A DNA stretch of 64,000 bases from a virus, in IMG/VR virus record IMGVR_UViG_3300047335_000079, positions 6,980 to 70,979 of that record; one strand, given 5' to 3'. The notes under the pieces were generated by a model, which was given only the letters and a program-made list of their open reading frames with translations, did no database searches and was not told where the DNA came from. Position numbers and translations under genes: made by a program. This document shows positions 56,429 to 64,000 of this stretch, piece after piece (the stretch's first letter is position 1; the number at the start of each line of letters is the position of its first letter).

Positions 56429-58834
56429 ATGACCGGCGGCTGGAAGATCAGTCTTGCGTTTGTAGCGCAAAACTTAACGTCGCGAGCGTTCTCGCAAATG
56501 TCCTACGATGCACTCTCGTCGCGCAAGCACGTTGATGAGTTGCAACGCTCGGTCAACTCCCTGCGCCTTGTCGGTGTGGCCGCACTGGGTGGCTTTGGCG
56601 CTGCCGCTACGAACGTCTTTGTCCAGGTTGGTAAGTCCGCTGCCAACTACCAAGATCAAATGCTCACGCTCCAGCAAATTCTGGGTGCAACAAAAGAGCA
56701 AATGGTTGGGCTTGACAAGGCTATCACGGGCGTCACCATCGGTGACAACGCCACAATTTTCAACCAAGTGCAAGCCTCGGGCATCGCTCGCGCCCTTGCT
56801 TCGCGCGGTTTCAACATCAACCAAATTGAGAGCTTGATGCCGATTGCCGCTAACGCGGCGGAAGTCATTACTCACCGTAATCCAGGTCTGTCGCCGGAAG
56901 ATTCAACTCGCTCGATGTTCGGCGCGCTCCGAGCATTTGGCTACACGGATGGCTCAAAGAAAACTCAAGACGCCGTAGACACTGCCATCAAGGCAATGTC
57001 GATCACCCACCTGAGCCCTGCTGGCATGCAGCAGGTCGAGCAGTATTCGGGTGTTATCAGCCGTGTTATGAATTGGTCGTTGCAAGACGTGCTTCGTGCA
57101 ACGGTTCTTGGAACGCAGAACGGCTTGACCCCGCAAAAAGTCGGTACGTCGATGCGTAACATGTTCCTGGGTCTCATCCCAAAAGGAGACCTTGATAAGC
57201 CAACGGGGCACGATGCCGCAATGGCGGCGCTGGGTCTGCTTGCGCCTGCCGACTTAAAACGCGCGCGCGCGCTTTTTTCGCAGTACAACAACGAACTTGC
57301 ATCGCACGGTATTCCCGGCGTAGATTACGCCAACATGACCGTTGCCAAGCGTGCCTCTCTTGCTGAAGGCTACGTTGAGCGCACGATGGGCAACAACGCA
57401 CCTAACCTTGATACGCTTGTTTCTCATCTTCACGCAGCGTATCTCGCTGCTGCTGCTCCAGGGGGCATTGGCCAGGCAGCCTTCTTAGCCCAGATTACCA
57501 AGTTTGGTCAGAAGTGGGGCACGCCATACATCGCTGAGTTGGCGCGCGAAGGCCCAGACAAACTCAAGGGCATTGACGCACAGATTCTCAAGCAACAGGA
57601 TGCAAAGAGCGTTGCCGCTGACTACCGCAACCGCGATCTGTTAACGCAGTGGATTATGGTCGGCAAGCAGCGCGACACCCTCATGACGCGCCTTGGCGGT
57701 GCTCAGGGCACAGAGTTCATTACGGGAAGCCCTGCGTGGATTATGCAGCAGGGCACTAAACTGCTAATCGCGTTCTTGCACCAACTTGGTAACCTCACCA
57801 ACGCCTTCCCCCGGCTTACGGCGTGGCTTGGCACGACCATTGGTCTCTTAGGGCTCGCTGGTCTGGCCGGCGCGGGTCTGTACACCATTATGACCTTGCG
57901 CCAACTCACGGCGGCAATTTGGCAGATGGGCGCGGCGGCTGGGCTGAGCAAAGGCGGCTTTGTTCAGACCGTGCTCGGGTTCCGTGGTCTCCCAGGAGCT
58001 ATGAGCGCAGAGCGCGAGTTGGCAAACGGCTACGTCGCGGTCGAGGGTGCGGGGTCGCTGGAATTCCAGCGTGCAATGGCCATGTTCCGTGGTGGTGAAG
58101 CCGTTGAGGGCGGAGCCGTTGTTGCCTCAAAGGCTGGATTTGGCGCACAAGTTGGCATGCGCTTTGCTCGCATGGGTGAACAGTTCATGGGCGTCATGGG
58201 CAAAATCGCAACGCCCTTGATGTTCCTCATGAACCCACTAGGCAAAGTGGGTGGCCTGTTCTCCAAACTTGCACCTGTGCTAGAGACAGTCGGGATGTGG
58301 GCGGCGCGTTTGCTCTTGGGCATGATCTCGTGGCCCGTAGCGATTGCGGCTATTGTAGCGACTATCTTGACGATGCTGTGGAAAATGCCTGACAAAGTTG
58401 GCTATATTATGGGCTGGCTCGTTGGCGCAGTTGTTCACTTTGCAGTTGTGGCGGGTCAGGCATTTATGTCGCTGATGACAAACATTCTGAGCACTATTGG
58501 AAACGCCGCGCACTATGTTATTACGCACCCAGAGTTCCTTGTGAACCCAGTTGGCGCGGCGGCTGATATGGCGGCTTACCTCCAAAAGAGCGGTGTCAAG
58601 GGCCCCGATTGGGCTAAGGAGTTCTCTACAAAAACCACCCAGTTCTCCAAGTCCTTTGGTGCGGGCTACGCTTCGTGGAACCCAACGACCAATGTGACAG
58701 TGAACGTCGATGGCAAGAAAGCTTTGGCTGTGCAAGTCAAGAAGAATGCTCGCAAGGCAGCGCTGGGCAACGGCGGGGCGTCGGTGTCGGTCGGGCACAC
58801 CTACGCTGATGCCGCTCACGCACCGTCATGGTAG
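56429..58834 (+). CDS. Tape measure protein
   Basis: 801 aa, Ala/Gly-rich, GTSMRNMF, hydrophobic C-terminal region. Confidence 0.85.
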   Translation: MTGGWKISLAFVAQNLTSRAFSQMSYDALSSRKHVDELQRSVNSLRLVGVAALGGFGAAATNVFVQVGKSAANYQDQMLTLQQILGATKEQMVGLDKAITGVTIGDNATIFNQVQASGIARALASRGFNINQIESLMPIAANAAEVITHRNPGLSPEDSTRSMFGALRAFGYTDGSKKTQDAVDTAIKAMSITHLSPAGMQQVEQYSGVISRVMNWSLQDVLRATVLGTQNGLTPQKVGTSMRNMFLGLIPKGDLDKPTGHDAAMAALGLLAPADLKRARALFSQYNNELASHGIPGVDYANMTVAKRASLAEGYVERTMGNNAPNLDTLVSHLHAAYLAAAAPGGIGQAAFLAQITKFGQKWGTPYIAELAREGPDKLKGIDAQILKQQDAKSVAADYRNRDLLTQWIMVGKQRDTLMTRLGGAQGTEFITGSPAWIMQQGTKLLIAFLHQLGNLTNAFPRLTAWLGTTIGLLGLAGLAGAGLYTIMTLRQLTAAIWQMGAAAGLSKGGFVQTVLGFRGLPGAMSAERELANGYVAVEGAGSLEFQRAMAMFRGGEAVEGGAVVASKAGFGAQVGMRFARMGEQFMGVMGKIATPLMFLMNPLGKVGGLFSKLAPVLETVGMWAARLLLGMISWPVAIAAIVATILTMLWKMPDKVGYIMGWLVGAVVHFAVVAGQAFMSLMTNILSTIGNAAHYVITHPEFLVNPVGAAADMAAYLQKSGVKGPDWAKEFSTKTTQFSKSFGAGYASWNPTTNVTVNVDGKKALAVQVKKNARKAALGNGGASVSVGHTYADAAHAPSW

Positions 58835-58841
58835 GTAGGTA

Positions 58842-59468
58842 ATGGTTCAAGCAATCACAGGTAGCACGAATCCCGTAGGCTCGGCGCTAGGAGCAAACTA
58901 TTCCAAGCCCTGGGAGTTTTCGCTCACCCAAGGCGCGACCAAGATCAAACTTGAAAAGTTTGAGGTACCAGAGACTTTTGACCTCGGGCACGAAGTCGCA
59001 CTCCAGACGCACAAGTACATCAACGCCCAGGGCCAGCCCATCGTCCGCACCCACTTTCAAGGCGCGTATCCGTTCCCGACTTCGTGGAAGGGCACGTTCA
59101 CGACCGCCGTTGCACTCCTTCACGCGCGCACGATTGACTCAATGTCGCTCTCGGGTCAGCCCGTTAAGTTCACCTACGGCACGCTGTCGTACATGGTGCA
59201 AATCAAATCGTTCAAGTACATGCCCCACTACCAGACGGAAGTGGAGTACGAAATTGAACTCATCGTTCTCCAAGACCTCAACGGGCAAGATGCAACGGGC
59301 CTCCCTGAAACCTTCGATGCACAAAGTCAAGCGCTCTACGCAAACGGGGTTGCTCAGTTCCTTATTCTTTACGGTTACGACTCTGCGATTCAAAACTCGA
59401 TTGCCAAGTTGGCCGCGACGACTGGGGTTTCTATTCCGCTTGGCGCGGCTACGTCTGGCGGCGGCTAA
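58842..59468 (+). CDS. Tail tube initiator / baseplate protein
   Basis: FEVPE...WKG.F...SGQPV.FTYG; position after the tape measure. Confidence 0.6.
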   Translation: MVQAITGSTNPVGSALGANYSKPWEFSLTQGATKIKLEKFEVPETFDLGHEVALQTHKYINAQGQPIVRTHFQGAYPFPTSWKGTFTTAVALLHARTIDSMSLSGQPVKFTYGTLSYMVQIKSFKYMPHYQTEVEYEIELIVLQDLNGQDATGLPETFDAQSQALYANGVAQFLILYGYDSAIQNSIAKLAATTGVSIPLGAATSGGG

Positions 59469-59953
59469 TGGCTATCCCAACGACCTTGCAATCTGCGGCG
59501 GTCGGCACGGCGTACTACAATCTTGTCATCGCCATCCAAGCTGCTAACCCCATTCAGTCGCAGTCGTACTCGACGATCTTCAACTTAGTCAACCTGACCG
59601 CTGGTCTTATTTCTGCGCTCGATGCCTATATCGCGCCGCTGGCGGACGCGGCGATTACGACGGATGACCTGGGCACTCTTGTCGCTGCCCAAAACACCCG
59701 CGCTACGTTTTACCAGTTTCAACTCGCGCTCCAGTCGCTATTGGGCTCGGGCTACAATACCCCCATCCTTACCAACTCGGCGGTCAATTTGTACCAAGTT
59801 GCTTCACAATACTACCCGCAGTACGATGTGGTCGAAGCGGCTGTGGCCATTTGCCAAGCAAACAAACTCAAGAGCATGTTTGTTGAAGCGGGGTCCGAGC
59901 TTGTGTTGCCGACCATCTTTGGCACGGATGTGTACGGAACCAACACGGACTAA
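59468..59953 (+). CDS. Baseplate protein with LysM/gpX-like C-terminus
   Basis: NLYQVASQYY...ICQANKL...L.LP. Confidence 0.6.
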   Translation: MAIPTTLQSAAVGTAYYNLVIAIQAANPIQSQSYSTIFNLVNLTAGLISALDAYIAPLADAAITTDDLGTLVAAQNTRATFYQFQLALQSLLGSGYNTPILTNSAVNLYQVASQYYPQYDVVEAAVAICQANKLKSMFVEAGSELVLPTIFGTDVYGTNTD

Positions 59954-61171
59954 ATGACCGTCCCAGCACTCGCCCAGACCAACTGGGCACCGCGCCTCGC
60001 CGCGATCATCGAAGGCGTCGAGATTCCATCCACGTCCATTGAAGTCAAGCTCTCGGCCTATGGCACGGCTGATGAGGTAACGATTCACACCTTTGCCACG
60101 GGGCTCTCGACGTACCTGGGGTTTTCACTCATTCGCACGAGCCAAGTCTTTGCATCCAAGAACACCCCGATGCAAGTCAAGGTCGTTCTTCACTCTAATG
60201 GCACGGGCACGGGCACAACGACGCCGGTGTTCTTAGGCTTTTTGGATATCATCAACATTGACTACGAGAACGACACCTGCGAAATCACGGGCCGGGGAGT
60301 TTTAAGTCTGCTGCTCGACCAGAAGATTACCACCAGAGTTAACAACAACCAGCCAGTCGAGCAAGCCATTTCTCAAGTCGTATCACGCTATGGCCTCACG
60401 CCCATTATCACCGCGACTTCGGGCGAGACCGTTGGCAAGATCATGCGTGATCTTCAAGTATCTACCGCCCGCAATCTCTCGGCCTTTGGCTATGTGCAGT
60501 CGCTGTGCAATGGCATTGGGTGGGACTTGAAAGTGCGTGGCACGTCGGTTGTCATTGGGCCACCGCCAACGGCGTCAAATGTTGTCGTCATCCCCAAGCA
60601 ATGGGACGCCAACTCCGGTGGCTCGTCGCTGACGGTGCAGCACGCAGCGTATCACAGCCACGACATCAAAGTTCGCGTGGTGTCGTACTTGGCACGCAAG
60701 AAGTCGAAAGTGGCCGTTCAATCACCAGCACTCGCGGCGTTTGAGGCGTCTATTGGCATGCCTCCAATTAGCCCATCGGCGGGCTCGAAGGCTAGGAGCA
60801 CGGGGGGCAGTCAGGTGGGCTTTGCAAACGTCCCCCGCACGCCCAGCACGCGCGATGAAATGTATGTGTACCACGTCCCTGGCATTGACAAAGCTAAGGC
60901 GTTGGTCATGGCCCAGCAGATTCAAGCCGCGCTGTCGCGCCAAGAGATTCTCATCACGCTCCAATGGGGGCCCGACCTCGCCGAAGCCGTGAAGTTTGCG
61001 GGTGCCGGGTGCGAATTCAACTTACTTCTCTCTGGTGTTGAAGAGTCAGTCATCAACAATTACTACTGGCCCAAAGAGATTACGTGGTCGTGGTCGGTGG
61101 AGGACGGCATCAAGCTGTCGTCTGACTTAGCCAACCACCCACTTCCTGAGGACAATCAAGGGACGGTCTAA
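59954..61171 (+). CDS. Baseplate hub protein
   Basis: F.G.LD.I...ITGR...LLD; synteny. Confidence 0.7.
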   Translation: MTVPALAQTNWAPRLAAIIEGVEIPSTSIEVKLSAYGTADEVTIHTFATGLSTYLGFSLIRTSQVFASKNTPMQVKVVLHSNGTGTGTTTPVFLGFLDIINIDYENDTCEITGRGVLSLLLDQKITTRVNNNQPVEQAISQVVSRYGLTPIITATSGETVGKIMRDLQVSTARNLSAFGYVQSLCNGIGWDLKVRGTSVVIGPPPTASNVVVIPKQWDANSGGSSLTVQHAAYHSHDIKVRVVSYLARKKSKVAVQSPALAAFEASIGMPPISPSAGSKARSTGGSQVGFANVPRTPSTRDEMYVYHVPGIDKAKALVMAQQIQAALSRQEILITLQWGPDLAEAVKFAGAGCEFNLLLSGVEESVINNYYWPKEITWSWSVEDGIKLSSDLANHPLPEDNQGTV

Positions 61172-61989
61172 TGGATTCAAGTTTTTATCGTGCAATGGCG
61201 ATGGGTGCGGGCGCACCCCCAAAGTCGCTGTCGGTCACCTATGGTGAACTCGAAGCCTACTACCCCGACGTGCATGAAGCCACGTTCAGCTTGCCGTTGC
61301 ACCCTGATGATGTGACAGGTGAGCCTGTGACCATTGGCCCGATTCCTATTGGCACGTTCCACACGGGCGTCGGCGGCGGCTACGGGGCGCAGTTCCCACC
61401 ACCCGTGGGCGCGCAAGCCATGATTATCTTCCTTGACCAAACGCACGAGTTGCCGTTCTGCGCGGTCATGACGTTCAACGAAGTGGACACCCCACCGTGG
61501 CCTGATGGCCGAACGGGTGGCTTCAAGGACGCCCAGGGCTCGTCTATCGCAACGAGCCAAGATGCTAAGACTCCGGGCGATGGGCAGGCTTCGGCGAAGG
61601 TGTTCGGAGCGTCCTATGCTTCCCAAGCCACCACTTCGGGCCATACGGTTGCGCTCGACGACGAACTCAAGCGGATTTCAACTTTGTCGGCGGGGGGCCT
61701 GGAGACTGTTCACGACGACCTAACCACGGAGATCGCTCACCTCGCCCCGAATATTGGGCTAGGCGCTCGTATTTCCCAAATGGCGTCCTCTAACGCAGCC
61801 CTCAATCAGAGCCACCTCACGGCCTTTGAATCAAGTCTTTTCACCCAGCGCCTCAACGACCTCAAGGCCCTGGCCACCGCCGCTATTGAAGCAGGCACGC
61901 CGGGGGCGAGCGCGTGGATTGGCCTGCTGGCCACCTTGACCCATGTGCAGATTCCCAACGGCTCCTCTATCGTGAAGATTGCATCGTAA
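61171..61989 (+). CDS. Baseplate central spike (gpV-like)
   Basis: OB-fold-like N-terminus (G...PPPVGAQ), beta-repeat segment, C-terminal LTH. Confidence 0.65.
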   Translation: MDSSFYRAMAMGAGAPPKSLSVTYGELEAYYPDVHEATFSLPLHPDDVTGEPVTIGPIPIGTFHTGVGGGYGAQFPPPVGAQAMIIFLDQTHELPFCAVMTFNEVDTPPWPDGRTGGFKDAQGSSIATSQDAKTPGDGQASAKVFGASYASQATTSGHTVALDDELKRISTLSAGGLETVHDDLTTEIAHLAPNIGLGARISQMASSNAALNQSHLTAFESSLFTQRLNDLKALATAAIEAGTPGASAWIGLLATLTHVQIPNGSSIVKIAS

Positions 61990-62007
61990 GGCGGCGAAGG
62001 GCTAAGT

Positions 62008-62433
62008 ATGGCTGATCTGTTGCTGGAGTGGGCGGATGACCTACAAATCGACGAGACTGGCGATTTCGCCACCGTGTCTGGGTCTGACGAACTCATCGAG
62101 CGGATTATTCGGCGTTGGCTCACCAACTCCCAATCGCTGGTGCTCTCAACGGGCACGGTCTCTTTAATACCGGACAATGTATTCGAGCCCACTTACGGCG
62201 GTAACGCGCGCGCCTATGTGGACGCCGCGATCACGCCCGAACTTGCTGGAGCCATTCAGAACCTGCTGTCGAGCCAACTCGCCAAAGAGCCGCTGGTCGA
62301 TACGATCAACTCCGTGGTCACGGTGAACTACACGGTTGGGCAGAACGCACTCTATGTCACAGCCGTGGTTTTCTTAAATACGGGTGTTCAAATCCAACTC
62401 CCCGCACTTGAAATCTCGTCGAGCACTACCTAA
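62008..62433 (+). CDS. Baseplate wedge protein (gp25/gp46-like)
   Basis: DL...GD...V.G...RII.R.LT...P.YG. Confidence 0.7.
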   Translation: MADLLLEWADDLQIDETGDFATVSGSDELIERIIRRWLTNSQSLVLSTGTVSLIPDNVFEPTYGGNARAYVDAAITPELAGAIQNLLSSQLAKEPLVDTINSVVTVNYTVGQNALYVTAVVFLNTGVQIQLPALEISSSTT

Positions 62434-63614
62434 TGCCGCTGACTCCGATTACTTTCAACTCCCTTGTGTCCCAGATGGGCACGTCCCTGACCTCGAATAC
62501 ACCGAAGGTCACTAATCTCACGCCGGGGTCAGTTGCGCTTGCGATCATCAAGTCGGTCGCTGGCGTCATCATTTCCGTCCAGCAGCTTATCACCTATGTG
62601 TACTCGGTGTGCCGTTTGGCCACATCCACGGGCCCAGACGTTGACTCGTTCATCAACGACTACGGCATGGAGCGCCTGCCCGCCGTCCCGTCGTCTGGCT
62701 CGCTGACGCTCACGCGCAATTCAACTTCTGGTGTTCTCATTGTCACCGTGGGCTCAACGGCCCAGACGGTCATCAACAACACTCAGTTCGCCGTCATCGC
62801 TGATACGGGCCAGCCCGCGTGGGACCCCGTTGATGGGTACTATAAGTTCAACGATGGCCAAGGCACAATCGACGTTACTGTCCAAGCGGTTGTACCGGGC
62901 GCGGCGTCTAACGTGTCGGCTAATACGATTACGACGATGGTCTCGGGCTTTACGGGCGTTAACTCGATTACCAACCAAGCGGCGTTCGCCAACGGCGAGG
63001 ATGCCGAGAGTGACGCCGCTGTAAAAATACGCTTCCCACTCTATCTCGCATCGCTCAAGACCGCCTCCATCCCAGCGGTTGAGGGTGCGATTTTGAGCGT
63101 GCAAGCAGGGCTGACTTATCAGATATCCGAGTACCTGCACTTCGACGGCATCACGGCTTTCCCAGGTGGCTTTACGGTCATTGTGGACGATGGCTCAGGT
63201 GCACCGGACTCTGCGTTTCTGGCGGCTGTCGCGGCGGCTGTTGAAGCCGTCCATGCCGCAGGAGTTGAATTTGGGGTGTACGCCCCAGTCGTCGTGCCGA
63301 TTAACGTGTCGGTGTACATCGCACCGTCAAATGTCAGTCAGGCAGTTGCCAACGCGGCTGTTACCCAAGCCATTGCAGTTTACATCCACTCACTAGGCGT
63401 GGGGGTGTCATGCTCGCTCGTTGGGGTGGCCAACGCTATCCAGAGCGTGCCCCAGGTGTACGCCTATGCCAATCTGACCCTCAACGGCTCCGAAGCCGAT
63501 GTGCCGATTGCCATTAACCAACTCGCCCAAATCGGGACTGTCACTTTTGTGGCTTTGCCCCCCGATGTGACCCCCACCCCCACGCGCCGCCCGCCAGTTG
63601 ATGGTGGGGGCTAA
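62433..63614 (+). CDS. Baseplate J-like protein
   Basis: PGSV...TSTG.D.D, V.V.A..PG...NV, G.DAESD. Confidence 0.9.
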   Translation: MPLTPITFNSLVSQMGTSLTSNTPKVTNLTPGSVALAIIKSVAGVIISVQQLITYVYSVCRLATSTGPDVDSFINDYGMERLPAVPSSGSLTLTRNSTSGVLIVTVGSTAQTVINNTQFAVIADTGQPAWDPVDGYYKFNDGQGTIDVTVQAVVPGAASNVSANTITTMVSGFTGVNSITNQAAFANGEDAESDAAVKIRFPLYLASLKTASIPAVEGAILSVQAGLTYQISEYLHFDGITAFPGGFTVIVDDGSGAPDSAFLAAVAAAVEAVHAAGVEFGVYAPVVVPINVSVYIAPSNVSQAVANAAVTQAIAVYIHSLGVGVSCSLVGVANAIQSVPQVYAYANLTLNGSEADVPIAINQLAQIGTVTFVALPPDVTPTPTRRPPVDGGG

Positions 63615-63651
63615 AAAGGTTTGCGCCCAACGCGCTGAAAGGCTATCTACC

Positions 63652-64000
63652 ATGCGTTTGAAATTTCTGGCTCTCTCGGTTGCGCTCGCGCTGGGCCTCA
63701 CGGCCCTGCCTGCCTTTGCTCAGGTGGAGAAGGCTCCTCCGGTCAAAGACACCCCGACGATCACCATCGTGCACAAAAAGCATGCGGTCATGGACCCGCT
63801 CAAAAGCCCCACTGAAATCGGAGTCTGGAAGCCGCTCAACACCGTTGTGCTTACGGTTGTTCCCAAGGGCTGTTACGATGCCCTTTGTTCAGATTTGCGT
63901 GTTTCGCACAACTCACGAGTGGACGCGGGGGCTGCGGCCATTGCGGGGAACATCGCCTCTTCGCAGGTAGCCATTTTCAACTACGTCGCTCTTTCGACGG
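63652..64000 (+). CDS. Signal-peptide-bearing protein after baseplate J (partial)
   Basis: Hand translation MRLKFLALSVALALGLTALPAFA-QVEK...HNSRVDAG...FNYVALST, open to the window end. Confidence 0.65.
   Translation, partial: MRLKFLALSVALALGLTALPAFAQVEKAPPVKDTPTITIVHKKHAVMDPLKSPTEIGVWKPLNTVVLTVVPKGCYDALCSDLRVSHNSRVDAGAAAIAGNIASSQVAIFNYVALST

Noticed and set aside
1-64000. Stop-codon reassignment, integrase or lysogeny module
   Set aside because: Core genes are intact in code 11 with all three stops used, there is no suppressor tRNA, and no recombinase or CI-like repressor was recognised in this window

Overview
The whole window is part of a tailed dsDNA bacteriophage genome with a contractile (myovirus-type) tail; no host genes, integrase or CRISPR array were seen. 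Left arm (1-~34.9 kb, almost all minus strand): replication and nucleotide genes (family A DNA polymerase, SNF2 helicase, SSB-like protein, dNMP kinase, a degenerate thymidylate-synthase-like ORF, a nucleoside deoxyribosyltransferase-like ORF, one plus-strand Toprim primase-helicase), a lytic transglycosylase, a double LamG protein, two paralogous amidoligases, a class II glutamine amidotransferase that appears to start at ATC, a GNAT, tRNA-Pro, many small early ORFs and an iteron-rich putative origin near 32 kb. Right arm (35-64 kb, mostly plus strand): C5 DNA methyltransferase, papain-like protease, an inverted large terminase, three tRNA or tRNA-like genes, then TerS, portal, scaffold, an EndoVII-type endonuclease, major capsid, neck, sheath, tube, chaperones (probable -1 frameshift), tape measure and baseplate. 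Most notable: several unclassified structured non-coding RNA candidates (34.46-34.90 kb, 39.86-40.10 kb, 42.57-42.71 kb, 23.22-23.33 kb), the amidoligase/GATase system with a Cys/His repeat tail, and an intact stand-alone CheY-like receiver gene inside the virion morphogenesis operon. All calls come from reading motifs by eye; no database searches or folding programs were run.
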